From positions 1-64,000 of the forward strand of contig JAVVGF010000004.1 in NCBI GenBank assembly GCA_032249235.1: a stretch of DNA of 64,000 nt, given 5' to 3'. The position numbers and the translations under genes were made by a program. Source of the DNA: Thermoproteota archaeon (GTDB lineage Archaea > Thermoproteota > Thermoprotei > Gearchaeales > Gearchaeaceae). Below the pieces are notes generated by a model. That model was given only the letters and a program-made list of their open reading frames with translations, searched no databases and had not been told where the DNA came from. Shown here piece after piece: positions 52,751 through 62,140 of the stretch (positions are counted from its first letter, which is position 1; each line of letters begins with the position of its first letter).

Positions 52751-52794
52751 AACTTAATTATACCTTCTTTTCTTATAGTAATTAGCCGGGAAAA

Positions 52795-52890
52795 GCCGGG
52801 ATACGAAAGCCCGAAAGCCTAGCGGACAAGGCGCAGGCCTTGAGAGCCTGTGGGCGTAAGCCCGCGTGGGTTCGAATCCCACTCCCGGCG
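52795..52890 (+). tRNA. tRNA-Ser(TGA) with a 13-nt intron at 52803-52815 (position 8/9)
   Basis: GCCGGGA/TCCCGGC acceptor stem, CAGGC-CTTGAGA-GCCTG anticodon arm, long variable arm, G73; removing ACGAAAGCCCGAA restores U8-A9 and the GCCT/AGGC D stem. Confidence 0.9.
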
Positions 52891-52919
52891 TTTTTAAATC
52901 TGTTTATTTTCTTTGTTTT
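52891..52919 (+). terminator. oligo-T terminator region after tRNA-Ser
   Basis: TTTTT...TTTATTTTCTTTGTTTT. Confidence 0.5.
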
Positions 52920-53033
52920 ATGATAAAAGAATTTTTACATATGTTTTTAAACCTTGAATGAATTTTTTTATTTTTCTTTGAATTTTATTACAAAAATTTT
53001 TTAAGTAAGTGTTTAAATCATAAACATAAGTAA

Positions 53034-53417
53034 ATGGGGGCTAGGGAACGATTAGAACAGATTTACTCTTTGGAACTTGGAAGACATATAATTGCAGATG
53101 TAATAGTAAGCAATAGTAGCAAACTTAAGGATGTTGAATACTTGAGGAAAATTTTATATGAAGCAGCAGAAAAGGCTAATTTAAAAGTCATAAGCGATAA
53201 TTTTACAACCTTTGAGAATACTGGAGGTATCTCACTTCTCTTATTCATAGCTGAATCACATTTATCAATACATACATGGCCTGAATATTCTTTCGCGGCT
53301 ATAGACATATTTACATGCGGAAAAGATGCCAATCCTATAGCAGCTTATGAACATATTATAAAGGAACTAGGCGTTGTAAAAGCTTCAAAGAAGGAAATAA
53401 AGAGAAAATTACCCTAA
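53034..53417 (+). CDS. pyruvoyl-dependent SpeD-family decarboxylase (AdoMetDC or crenarchaeal-type ArgDC)
   Basis: LGRHIIAD, AESHLSIHTWPEY, DIFTCG. Confidence 0.9.
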   Translation: MGARERLEQIYSLELGRHIIADVIVSNSSKLKDVEYLRKILYEAAEKANLKVISDNFTTFENTGGISLLLFIAESHLSIHTWPEYSFAAIDIFTCGKDANPIAAYEHIIKELGVVKASKKEIKRKLP

Positions 53418-53452
53418 AAATAATAAGAGAATTTTTTGAAAATTATTATAGT

Positions 53453-53560
53453 ATGGGAGGAAGACAAAGGACTTCTTTATTTTTAGAGAAAGGTAAGCAA
53501 GAACAAAAACCTCAAGAAACAAAGCAAGAAAAGAAGCAAGAAGCTAAGAAATCTAAATGA
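53453..53560 (+). CDS. putative 35-aa charged microprotein
   Basis: MGGRQRTSLFLEKGKQEQKPQETKQEKKQEAKKSK; ATGA overlap with the next gene. Confidence 0.55.
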   Translation: MGGRQRTSLFLEKGKQEQKPQETKQEKKQEAKKSK

Positions 53561-54354
53561 ATTTTTTTATAATTGCTCCAACAAACATTTTTTCTGATAT
53601 CCCAAGCTTAAGAGAAAAAACTGTTAGAGTAGCAAATTTAGTTAGAACATTATTGATCTTTAGAGCAAGAGGTTTAATCCTTTTTAAATATGGAAAAGAT
53701 GATGAAGAACTATATAGGTTAATCGAATTCTTCAAAGTCCCATCTTATTTAAGGAAATTCGTTTTCAAAAAAGAAAAAGCCTTAAAATATGTCGGTGTTG
53801 CTCCGCCAATTAGAGCATTTTATGAAGATAGCGATTTCGCTAGATATGGTTTTGTAGTTAAGAGCGAAAATGGAGTAAGTTATGTAAACATTGGTCTAAA
53901 AGATCTTGTAAAGATAAACTCAATCGAATTGAAAGAAAAATCTCTAGTAAAAGTGGTTCGCGAAAAAGAAAAATGGAGGATTGCAAAAAAAGAAGAAGAC
54001 TCCCTGTTTGGATTTGAACTCATTTTCATCGAGGATCTAATTAATTATTTAAATAAAATTAAAAACAAAGAAAATATAATTTTTGCAACATCAAGATATG
54101 GAAAAGAATTCTCTTTAGAAGATCTAAAAAGTTTAAATAATTTAGTAAGGACTAAGAAGAATATTTATTTATTATTTGGTTCTCCGAAGGAAGGATTATA
54201 TGAGATTTTTAAGAAATTAAATAAAAATTTAGAAGAATATGCTGATTTTGTTTATAACATGTTTCCTAATCAAGGAGTTAAAACTATAAGAACTGATGAA
54301 GCCATATTTGGTTCTCTAGCTATATTAAATCTACTCATTCCTAAAAGTATTTAA
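53557..54354 (+). CDS. SPOUT RNA methyltransferase (DUF171/SPOUT1-like)
   Basis: PSYLRK..F....LKYVG, ATSR.G, FGSP..GL, PNQG..TIRT.EA. Confidence 0.9.
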   Translation: MNFFIIAPTNIFSDIPSLREKTVRVANLVRTLLIFRARGLILFKYGKDDEELYRLIEFFKVPSYLRKFVFKKEKALKYVGVAPPIRAFYEDSDFARYGFVVKSENGVSYVNIGLKDLVKINSIELKEKSLVKVVREKEKWRIAKKEEDSLFGFELIFIEDLINYLNKIKNKENIIFATSRYGKEFSLEDLKSLNNLVRTKKNIYLLFGSPKEGLYEIFKKLNKNLEEYADFVYNMFPNQGVKTIRTDEAIFGSLAILNLLIPKSI

Positions 54355-54387
54355 GCGATTTCTTCAATAATATTTCTAATCAATCTC

Positions 54388-55350
54388 ATGAGCTCACCTA
54401 GAAGAGGTTCGATGGGATTTTATCCTAGAGTAAGAGCAAGGAGCATTAGGATTAGAGTTAAATCTTGGCCTTCAGCAAAAGAAGCTGTATTATTAGGCTT
54501 TCCTGCATATAAAGTAGGAATGGTAAGTTCAATACTTTTGGATGCTTATGAAAAATCCCATTTATTTGGTAAAGAAGTAGTTAAAGCTTGCACTGTTCTC
54601 GAAGCTCCTCCTGTATATGTTTTAGGTCTTAAGCTTTATAAAAAAGAAATGGGAGCATTAAAATCACTAGCTACGATTTTCTCCAAAGAAATACCTAAAA
54701 AAATATCAGAACGTATAGATGGTCCTGTAAAAAGTAATTATGATTTAAGTCTTATTGATGAAGTTAAAGATCAGATTGCTGAAATAAGAGCTATAGTTGC
54801 AACACAGCCTTTTCTTACAGGTATTGGCAAAAAAAAGCCTGATGTTTTTGAGATAAAAATAGGCGGAGAGTTGAATTCTGCAATAGAATATGCCAAGAAG
54901 ATATTTGGGAAAGAAGTCAGCGTAAAAGAAGTATTCAAAGAATTGAGTCTAGTTGATGTTATAGGAGTTACTAAAGGAAAAGGCTTCCAAGGTGTAGTTA
55001 AAAGATTCGGTGTTAAAGTTTTACCAAGATGGCATAAACATAGGAAAGGTAGCAGAAAGGTCGGTTCAATTGGTCCAATAGATCCTTCTCTAATGCGATT
55101 TGTTCCAAGACCTGGACAAATGGGCTTTCATCGTAGAACAGAATATAATAAATTAATCTTGCACATTGGCGAAGATCCGAATAGCATAAATCCCAAAGGA
55201 GGCTTTAAACATTATGGTTTGATTAAAAATAACTATATTCTTCTTTTAGGTAGCGTAATGGGTCCTCCAAAGCGAATTATTTTCTTAAGATATCCAATAC
55301 GTCCTCAAAAAAGAATTTGGAAATATCAATTGCTTAAGGTTGTTGCATGA
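54388..55350 (+). CDS. rpl3: 50S ribosomal protein L3
   Basis: PRRGS.GF.PR.RA, YKVGM, TKGKGFQG.VKR.G, GQMGFH.RTE.NK. Confidence 0.98.
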   Translation: MSSPRRGSMGFYPRVRARSIRIRVKSWPSAKEAVLLGFPAYKVGMVSSILLDAYEKSHLFGKEVVKACTVLEAPPVYVLGLKLYKKEMGALKSLATIFSKEIPKKISERIDGPVKSNYDLSLIDEVKDQIAEIRAIVATQPFLTGIGKKKPDVFEIKIGGELNSAIEYAKKIFGKEVSVKEVFKELSLVDVIGVTKGKGFQGVVKRFGVKVLPRWHKHRKGSRKVGSIGPIDPSLMRFVPRPGQMGFHRRTEYNKLILHIGEDPNSINPKGGFKHYGLIKNNYILLLGSVMGPPKRIIFLRYPIRPQKRIWKYQLLKVVA

Positions 55351-56165
55351 TGCTAGAAAAGATTTCATTGGTAGTAATAGATAAAGATGGTAAGTTAGAA
55401 AAAACTCTAACATTTTTACCATTACCTTTCCTTGCTCCATATCGCTATGATCTAATAAAAAGAGCTGTTTTGACAGAATTGCAAAATCAAAAACAGTCTA
55501 AAGGCGTTGATCCCTTAGCAGGTAAAAGGACTAGTGCAGAAAGCTGGGGCGTTGGTTATGGAATTGCACGTATACCTAGAGTTAAGGGTGCTGGAACTCC
55601 TAGAGCTAATCAAGGCGCATTCGCTCCAAGCACAAGAGGAGGCTATCATCCTACAGCACCTAAATCAAATAAAATAATCAAGGTCAAAATGAACAAAAAA
55701 GAGAAGAAATTGGCTTTATTTAGTGCAATAGCTTCAACTGCTAATTTAGATTTGGTATTGAAAAGAGGACATGTGATAACGAATCCTGATCTCAAATTAC
55801 CTATAATATTAAGCGAAGAAGTTGCGAAAATAGAAAAAACAAAAGAGCTTGTAGATTTCTTGAAGAAAATAGGTATCTATGCAGATATTGAAAGAGTAAA
55901 AAATAGCATTAAAATAAGAGCAGGAAAAGGTAAAAGAAGAGGTAGAAGATATAAAGAAAGAAAGGGTCCATTATTAGTCAAATTAGGGAATGAACCAATA
56001 GCTAAAGCTTTTAAAAATTTACCTGGTGCAGACGTTGCTGATGTGAGAAATTTACCTGTATATATGTTAGCTCCTGGCTGTTTACCAGGAAGACTTACAC
56101 TTTGGACAATAAATTCATTCAATTATCTTGCTGAAAGATTCGGTTTTGTAGGTGAAAAGAAATGA
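55347..56165 (+). CDS. rpl4: 50S ribosomal protein L4
   Basis: SAESWG.G.G.AR.PR, RAGKGK.RGR, LAPG..PGRLT. Confidence 0.98.
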   Translation: MMLEKISLVVIDKDGKLEKTLTFLPLPFLAPYRYDLIKRAVLTELQNQKQSKGVDPLAGKRTSAESWGVGYGIARIPRVKGAGTPRANQGAFAPSTRGGYHPTAPKSNKIIKVKMNKKEKKLALFSAIASTANLDLVLKRGHVITNPDLKLPIILSEEVAKIEKTKELVDFLKKIGIYADIERVKNSIKIRAGKGKRRGRRYKERKGPLLVKLGNEPIAKAFKNLPGADVADVRNLPVYMLAPGCLPGRLTLWTINSFNYLAERFGFVGEKK

Positions 56166-56410
56166 GTATAATAAGATTTGTGATGAATGAAAAAGCCCTA
56201 AGGATGGCTGAAAAAGAAAACAAAATAGTAGCTATCGTAGATATGAAGCTGAATAAAAATGAAATCAAAAGATTGATTGAAAAAACATATGGTTTAAAGA
56301 TTGAAAAAATAAATACTCTGATAACTAGCAAAGGTGAAAAGAAAGCAATGATAAAGTTAACAAAAGAGTTTTCTGCAATAGATTTCTATGCTAAAATAGG
56401 ATTGATATGA
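56162..56410 (+). CDS. rpl23: 50S ribosomal protein L23
   Basis: EKA....EKEN, K.EIK..IE, G.KKA.I.L. Confidence 0.95.
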   Translation: MSIIRFVMNEKALRMAEKENKIVAIVDMKLNKNEIKRLIEKTYGLKIEKINTLITSKGEKKAMIKLTKEFSAIDFYAKIGLI

Positions 56411-56411
56411 A

Positions 56412-57137
56412 ATGGGCAAGAGATTAAGGCAACAAAGAGCTGGAAGAGCTACACCCACTTTCATTTCTCCATCTTGGAGGAAGATAGCTCCAGCGAAATA
56501 TCCTGCTTGGTTGCATGAAATGATAAAAACAAACAAGGTCGTAGGTAAAGTAGTTGATATAATTCCTGAAAGCGGTAGAGATGCTCCTTTATGCTTAATA
56601 GAAGTTTCTCAAGGGAAGCAATTTTATTCGGTCGCTCCTGAAGGAATAGCTATAGGTGATATAATTGAAATTGGGGATGCAGTTCCTATAAAAGTAGGCA
56701 ATATTTGTAAAGTAGGTAATTTACCTGAAGGAACGATTGTATGCAACGTTGAAAGAAGGCCGGGTGATGGAGGGAAATTCGTTAGAGCAGCAGGTTCATA
56801 TTCAACTGTTTCTTCCCAAACTCAAAATGGAACAGTAATAATGTTACCTTCAGGAAAGTTTATAGAAATAAATAAAGAATGTCTTGCTACGATTGGTGTT
56901 GTTGCAGGAGGCGGTAAAACTGAAAAACCACTCTTAAAGGCAGGTAAGAGTTATCATAAATATAAAGCTAAGGCGAGAAAATGGCCAACAGTTCGAGGTA
57001 AAGCTATGTATGCAGCAGCTCATCCACACGGAGGAGGTGCTCATCCAAAAGGAGGTAGGGTTGTCAAAAAGACTTCTCCTCCTGGTAAGAAAGTCGGATT
57101 ATATGGTTCGAAGAGAACAGGTAGAAGAAAAGGTTAA
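56412..57137 (+). CDS. rpl2: 50S ribosomal protein L2
   Basis: MGKR...QR.GR, GDGG...RA.G, HPHGGG. Confidence 0.98.
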   Translation: MGKRLRQQRAGRATPTFISPSWRKIAPAKYPAWLHEMIKTNKVVGKVVDIIPESGRDAPLCLIEVSQGKQFYSVAPEGIAIGDIIEIGDAVPIKVGNICKVGNLPEGTIVCNVERRPGDGGKFVRAAGSYSTVSSQTQNGTVIMLPSGKFIEINKECLATIGVVAGGGKTEKPLLKAGKSYHKYKAKARKWPTVRGKAMYAAAHPHGGGAHPKGGRVVKKTSPPGKKVGLYGSKRTGRRKG

Positions 57138-57164
57138 AATACTAAATCTAAGTAAGTAAGAATT

Positions 57165-57560
57165 ATGCCTAGAGAATTTACATTTCGCGGTTATACTATT
57201 GATCAATTAAGAAAATTACCTATGGATGAATTCATAAATCTACTCAACTCAAGGGAGAGAAGATCTTTGAAGAGAGGATTATTGAAAAAATATAAGCGAT
57301 TATTAGAGAAAATCAGAGCTGCTAAGGCAGGAATATATACAAAGCCCATTAGGACCCATGCTAGAGACATGATAATATTGCCTGAAATGGTAGGCCTAAC
57401 AATTCATGTTTATAATGGTAAGGAATTTGTTCCAGTAGAAATAAAGCCTGAAATGATAGGCTTTAGATTGGGAGATTTCTCTATAACTACGAAGAAAGTA
57501 ATACATGGAGAGCCAGGTTTGAGAGCGACAAGAGGATCGATGTATGTTCCTTTGAAGTGA
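57165..57560 (+). CDS. rps19: 30S ribosomal protein S19
   Basis: [21 protein letters not shown]. Confidence 0.98.
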   Translation: MPREFTFRGYTIDQLRKLPMDEFINLLNSRERRSLKRGLLKKYKRLLEKIRAAKAGIYTKPIRTHARDMIILPEMVGLTIHVYNGKEFVPVEIKPEMIGFRLGDFSITTKKVIHGEPGLRATRGSMYVPLK

Positions 57561-57561
57561 A

Positions 57562-58023
57562 ATGCCAGAATTTGGTTATTCTTATAAAGTAGTAGAGCCT
57601 GAAAGGACAGTAATAGCAAGTGGTAGAGATCTGAATATTTCTTTCAAAGAAGCTGTTGAACTTTGTAGATACTTGAAAGGAAGAAAGCTCGATGAAGCAA
57701 AGAAGATACTTGAAGAAGTAATTGAATTGAAAAGAGCTATACCCTTTAGAACTTTCAAGAAAAAAGTCCCTCATCATAGGTATGATAATACAAGCGGGCC
57801 TTCTAGATATCCTAAAAAAGTAGCAAAGGCGTTGCTAAAGATTTTAGAAAGCTTAGAAGCCAATGCTGAGTTTAAAGGTTTGGATCTTAGCAAGATAAAA
57901 TTAGTTCATTTAGCAGCTCAAAAAGGATATAAAATAAAAAAATACATTCCAAGAGCTTTCGGCAGATCAAGCCCTTACTTTAGAGAGTTAGTTCATATTG
58001 AAGTGGTTGGTGTTGAGAGTTAA
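57562..58023 (+). CDS. rpl22: 50S ribosomal protein L22
   Basis: ISFK, RYP.K, PRAFGR. Confidence 0.97.
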   Translation: MPEFGYSYKVVEPERTVIASGRDLNISFKEAVELCRYLKGRKLDEAKKILEEVIELKRAIPFRTFKKKVPHHRYDNTSGPSRYPKKVAKALLKILESLEANAEFKGLDLSKIKLVHLAAQKGYKIKKYIPRAFGRSSPYFRELVHIEVVGVES

Positions 58024-58658
58024 TGCCGACAACAGCTAAACAATTTATTAAATTTGCAACGCTTCAAGCTGATATTAAAGAATTTATAGAGAATAAACTA
58101 AAGGATGCAGGAATAGCGAATATAGATGTTCAACAAATAGCTACAGGCTTGAGAATAATAATAGATGTCGAAAAGCCTAAAATAGCCTTAGGTCCGCATG
58201 GTATAAAAATAAAAGAAGTTGAAGAAGGTATAAAGGCATTATTCAACGTAAAAAACGTAGAAATATTTGTAAACGAAGTAACAAATCCTTCTTTATATCC
58301 TAGCATTATAGCTAACAGAATTGCTTCTGCAATGGAAAGAGGAATACATTTCCGTAGAGCCGCTAATTTAGCGTTGAAACAAATAATGGAAGCTGGGGCA
58401 TTAGGAGCTGAAATAACTATTAGTGGTAAGTTAGTAAGTGAAAGAGCGAGATTTGAAAAATTCAGATTTGGCATAATTCCTAAATCAGGACAACCTGCAC
58501 ATGAATATGTAAGGAAAGCTACTACGCACGTCTTACTTAAACCTGGTATATTTGGAATAAAAGTAAAAATATTGCCGCCTGTTCAATTGCCAGATGATAA
58601 ACTGAGAAAGGTAATGGAATTGAGTAAAGAGAAAATCAAGCAACAGGTTGAAACATGA
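58023..58658 (+). CDS. rps3: 30S ribosomal protein S3
   Basis: KH domain, FRRA, GA.G.EI.ISGK. Confidence 0.97.
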   Translation: MPTTAKQFIKFATLQADIKEFIENKLKDAGIANIDVQQIATGLRIIIDVEKPKIALGPHGIKIKEVEEGIKALFNVKNVEIFVNEVTNPSLYPSIIANRIASAMERGIHFRRAANLALKQIMEAGALGAEITISGKLVSERARFEKFRFGIIPKSGQPAHEYVRKATTHVLLKPGIFGIKVKILPPVQLPDDKLRKVMELSKEKIKQQVET

Positions 58659-58867
58659 AGTTAAAAGAGTTGAGGAAATTATCTAGAGAAGAAAGAGAAA
58701 AAAGATTGAAGGAGCTACAACTAGAATTGATAAAAGTCAGATCCCAATTTGTTGCAGGAAAACCTCCTAAGAATGTAAAGCTTTTAAGAAACTTAAGAAA
58801 GGAAATTGCAAGAATATTGACTATAAATAGAGAAGAGGATTTGAAGAATGAAGCTAAGAAAAGATAA
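58655..58867 (+). CDS. rpl29: 50S ribosomal protein L29
   Basis: ELR.LS, LRK.IARILT. Confidence 0.95.
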   Translation: MKLKELRKLSREEREKRLKELQLELIKVRSQFVAGKPPKNVKLLRNLRKEIARILTINREEDLKNEAKKR

Positions 58868-59108
58868 TCTGCATGCTCATGAATTGTTAGGAATGGAAGT
58901 TATAGTATTGGATAATAAAGGAGAGGAAATCATGAAAGGAATTATTTTCGATGAAAGTAAGGAAACGATAAAAATAAAAAATGTTTCAAAAAAGAGAATT
59001 TTTCTCAAAAGATCTCACGATTTCGTTTTCGAAATAAATAATGAGAGGATAAAAATTAAAGGAATTAATTTAATTGGAAGACCTGAAGAGAGGATAAGGA
59101 AAATATGA
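58848..59108 (+). CDS. rnp1: RNase P protein Rpp29
   Basis: HEL.G..V, G.I.DE, G..L.GRPEER; conserved position. Confidence 0.9.
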   Translation: MKLRKDNLHAHELLGMEVIVLDNKGEEIMKGIIFDESKETIKIKNVSKKRIFLKRSHDFVFEINNERIKIKGINLIGRPEERIRKI

Positions 59109-59425
59109 AGAAAAGAGTCATCTTCGGAATAGAACCTCCTCAAGAAGTTTGTGATGATAAGCTATGTCCATTCCATGGAGAGCTTTCAGTAAGAGGTAGG
59201 ATTGATACTGGAACTGTTATAAAGCTTAAAGCAATGAAGACTGCCGTCGTTGAAAAAGAATATTTAGTTTTCATAAAGAAATATCAACGCTATGAGAGAA
59301 GAAGAAGTAAATATCATGTACATGTTCCAGCATGTATAAAAGTAAAAGAGGGAGATAAAGTCATCTTTGGAGAATGTAGGCCTTTAGCTAAAACAGTCTC
59401 TTCAGTTATACTAAAGGTTATATGA
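59105..59425 (+). CDS. rps17: 30S ribosomal protein S17
   Basis: CPFHG.L..RG, KY.RYERR, ECRPL.KT. Confidence 0.97.
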   Translation: MKKRVIFGIEPPQEVCDDKLCPFHGELSVRGRIDTGTVIKLKAMKTAVVEKEYLVFIKKYQRYERRRSKYHVHVPACIKVKEGDKVIFGECRPLAKTVSSVILKVI

Positions 59426-59436
59426 AAAGCTTATAT
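59425..59436 (+). promoter_or_regulatory. internal BRE-TATA before L14
   Basis: AAAAGCTTATAT about 29 nt upstream of ATG 59465. Confidence 0.65.
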
Positions 59437-59464
59437 CTAGCCAGCTTTTATAGAGAGATGTATC

Positions 59465-59890
59465 ATGGCTAAAAGAGGAGGAAAAGTTGCAGTTGCAACA
59501 TTTAGGGCTCGTATATCAAGAGCTATTCCTGTTAATGCTATTGTTAATTGTGCAGATAACTCTGGAGTATTGCAGGCAAAAGTTATTGGTGTCTTTGCAT
59601 TAAACACAAGAAAAAGAAGAATACCTACAGCTGCTGTAGGAGATATGGTTAAAGTATCTGTATATAAAGGTAAAACTGAACTTAAAGATCAGCTTCTAAA
59701 TGCTGTAGTTATAAGGCAGAGGAAGCCTTATAGAAGACCAGACGGTTCTTGGATTGCTTTTGAAGACAATGCAGTTGTAATACTAACTCCTGAAGGAGAT
59801 GTAAAAGGTACTGAAATTTATGGTCCTGTAGCAAAGGAAGCAGCAGAAAGATGGCCTAAAATAGCTGCTATTGCATCATTAGTGGTATAA
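59465..59890 (+). CDS. rpl14: 50S ribosomal protein L14
   Basis: CADNSG, RR.DG....FEDNA.V, GPVAKE. Confidence 0.98.
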   Translation: MAKRGGKVAVATFRARISRAIPVNAIVNCADNSGVLQAKVIGVFALNTRKRRIPTAAVGDMVKVSVYKGKTELKDQLLNAVVIRQRKPYRRPDGSWIAFEDNAVVILTPEGDVKGTEIYGPVAKEAAERWPKIAAIASLVV

Positions 59891-60255
59891 TGGCTTCAAA
59901 AAAACCTTCTACACAAAGGAGACAAATATATAAACTCTTCACTAATAAAGATTACTCCAAGCTTTTACATGTTCATTTGAGTAAAGAATTAAGAGAAAAA
60001 TATAAGAGAAGAGCTATAAGAGTGAGGAAAGGAGATATAGTTCGCGTAATGCGAGGTTCTTATAGGGGTTATGAAGGAAAAGTAGCTAAAGTTGAGCCAA
60101 AAAGGGGCTTCGTATATATTGAAGGATTGACGAGAAAGACGATGCGAGGAAAACCTGTAATGATACCTATTCATGCTTCAAAATTAATGATCGTAAAACT
60201 CGATTTAAGTGATAAACTTAGAGTAGAAAAACTAGAAGAGAAGATTAAAGCATGA
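59890..60255 (+). CDS. rpl24: 50S ribosomal protein L24
   Basis: LSKELR.KY, VRKGD.V.VMRG, IH.S. Confidence 0.97.
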   Translation: MASKKPSTQRRQIYKLFTNKDYSKLLHVHLSKELREKYKRRAIRVRKGDIVRVMRGSYRGYEGKVAKVEPKRGFVYIEGLTRKTMRGKPVMIPIHASKLMIVKLDLSDKLRVEKLEEKIKA

Positions 60256-61037
60256 GCCCCCATATTAAGCGCTTAGCAGCACCAGATTTTTGGCCAATAT
60301 TGAAAAAAACTACAAAATGGACAATACATCCATCGCCAGGTCCTCATCCTCTGGAATATTGCATTCCTTTAGCTATAGTTTTAAGAGAAATTCTAGGATA
60401 TGCATCGAATATGAAAGAAGTAAAATACATATTAGCCAAAGGTTTTGTTAAAAGAGATGGTAAAATAATAAGGGATCATAAATTTCCTTTAGGTTTCATG
60501 GATGTTTTAGAGTTAGCTAAGGATCCTCAACCTTATAGATTTCTTCCATATAAAGGAATACCTCTAGTGTGTGCGAAGATACCTAAAGAAGAGGCTTCGA
60601 TGAAAATATGTAAAGTTGTAGGTAAAAGAACTGTTAGAAAAGGAAAGCTACAATTAAATCTTCATGATGGAAGGAATGTCTTAATAGATGCTCAAGATAA
60701 AGACAAAATTAAGATAAATGATTCATTATTAATAGAAATTCCTTCGCAAAACGTTAAAGAAATCATAAAATTTGAAGAAGGAAATGTTTGTTTGATATAT
60801 CGTGGCATCAATGCTGGTTCTTATGGTATTTTGAAGAAAATTAATACTGTAATACCTAAGAGAAATAGTATAGTGGAAATTGAAGATATGAATGGAAATA
60901 TTATAAGGACAAATATAAATTATGCGATCCCAGTAGGTTACGAAAAGCCTTTACTGAAAATGATTGAAAGTGATGTAGACTATGTTACGCCCATGATTTA
61001 TAGAAAAATATCTTTGAAAGGGTACCATGTCGATTGA
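60252..61037 (+). CDS. rps4e: 30S ribosomal protein S4e
   Basis: H.KRLAAP..W, PSPGPH, QLNLHDGRN. Confidence 0.97.
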   Translation: MSPHIKRLAAPDFWPILKKTTKWTIHPSPGPHPLEYCIPLAIVLREILGYASNMKEVKYILAKGFVKRDGKIIRDHKFPLGFMDVLELAKDPQPYRFLPYKGIPLVCAKIPKEEASMKICKVVGKRTVRKGKLQLNLHDGRNVLIDAQDKDKIKINDSLLIEIPSQNVKEIIKFEEGNVCLIYRGINAGSYGILKKINTVIPKRNSIVEIEDMNGNIIRTNINYAIPVGYEKPLLKMIESDVDYVTPMIYRKISLKGYHVD

Positions 61038-61554
61038 AAATCAGCTCACTAATCCGATGAGAACTATAAAAGTTCATTCAGTAGTTCTGAATATTTCAGT
61101 AGGTTCTTCTGAAGAAAAATTGGAAGGTGCTGCAAAGATTTTAGAGAAATTAACGGGTCAGAAGCCTAGCTACAGGAGAGCTAAAAAAACTATTAAAGAA
61201 TTCAAAATAAAGAAGGGTGAGCCTATAGCATGTATAGTAACCTTAAGAGGAAAAAAGGCTGAAGAAATTCTAGATAAAGCTTTAGAAGCTGTGAATAGAA
61301 GAATAAAGGCAGAATCCTTTACTGATCGCGGAAACTTTAGCTTTGGAATTAAAGAATACATTGATATACCTGGAATGATCTATGATCCTTCAATAGGAAT
61401 ATTAGGTATGGATGTATGTGTCAACCTTGCAAGAGCTGGATGGAGAGTTAAACAAAGAAGAGTAAAGGCTTCTAAGATAGGTAAAAATCATTTAGTAACT
61501 AAGGAAGAAGCTATAGAATTCATGAAAGAAAAATTTAAGGTTGAAATAATATGA
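61027..61554 (+). CDS. rpl5: 50S ribosomal protein L5
   Basis: NPMR, LTGQKP, VTLRG, YDP.IGI.GMD. Confidence 0.98.
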   Translation: MSIENQLTNPMRTIKVHSVVLNISVGSSEEKLEGAAKILEKLTGQKPSYRRAKKTIKEFKIKKGEPIACIVTLRGKKAEEILDKALEAVNRRIKAESFTDRGNFSFGIKEYIDIPGMIYDPSIGILGMDVCVNLARAGWRVKQRRVKASKIGKNHLVTKEEAIEFMKEKFKVEII

Positions 61555-61712
61555 AGCAACCAAAGCCTAAAGAAAGAAAGTTTGGAAAGACAACTCATAG
61601 ATGTAAAAGATGTGGAACTACAGATGGGGTTATTCGTAAGTATGGCTTATTATATTGTAGAAGATGCTTCAGAGAAATAGCTCCACTTATGGGCTTCAAG
61701 AAATATGAATAA
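61551..61712 (+). CDS. rps14: 30S ribosomal protein S14 (53 aa, absent from the ORF track)
   Basis: Translated by hand: RKFGK..HRCKRCG....[21 protein letters not shown]. Confidence 0.96.
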   Translation: MKQPKPKERKFGKTTHRCKRCGTTDGVIRKYGLLYCRRCFREIAPLMGFKKYE

Positions 61713-61722
61713 AAGCTTATAT
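61711..61722 (+). promoter_or_regulatory. internal BRE-TATA before S8
   Basis: AAAAGCTTATAT about 34 nt upstream of ATG 61757. Confidence 0.62.
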
Positions 61723-61756
61723 TTGATTTGAAGCATTAAATACATTCAGACTTATC

Positions 61757-62140
61757 ATGAACTTGCTCGCAAATACTTTAAGTGCGATAAAAAATGCTGA
61801 GATGAGGAATAAAAAGGAGTGTATAGTATATCCTGCATCAAAATTTGTTGGCTCAGTTCTTAAGGTAATACAAAAGCATGCCTATATTGGAGAATTCGAG
61901 CTCATCGATGATGGTAGAGGAGGGAAGTTTAGAATTCAGTTATTAGGTAGGATAAATGATTGTGGAATTATAAAACCAAGACTTGGTGTTAGTTACCGTG
62001 AACTTGTAAAATATGAAAGTAAATATTTACCTAGCAGGGATATAGGATTGCTAATCCTTTCAACTTCTAAAGGTATAATGACAAGTAGAGAGTGCATGGA
62101 AAATAGAATAGGAGGCGTCTTGCTTTGTTATGTCTATTAG
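61757..62140 (+). CDS. rps8: 30S ribosomal protein S8
   Basis: IKNAE, YIGEFE.IDDGR.GK, G.LI.STS.G. Confidence 0.98.
   Translation: MNLLANTLSAIKNAEMRNKKECIVYPASKFVGSVLKVIQKHAYIGEFELIDDGRGGKFRIQLLGRINDCGIIKPRLGVSYRELVKYESKYLPSRDIGLLILSTSKGIMTSRECMENRIGGVLLCYVY

Noticed and set aside
52792-52801. A second 10-nt intron (AAAGCCGGGA) at 7/8, making 52785 the true tRNA 5' end
   Set aside because: A CCGG/CCGG helix is possible, but there is no flanking exon helix and the intron would be extremely short; the decoy-leader reading fits better, though this is not fully excluded
52795-52890. Selenocysteine or UGA-suppressor tRNA
   Set aside because: The anticodon is TGA (reads UCA, Ser), not TCA; the acceptor stem is a normal 7 bp
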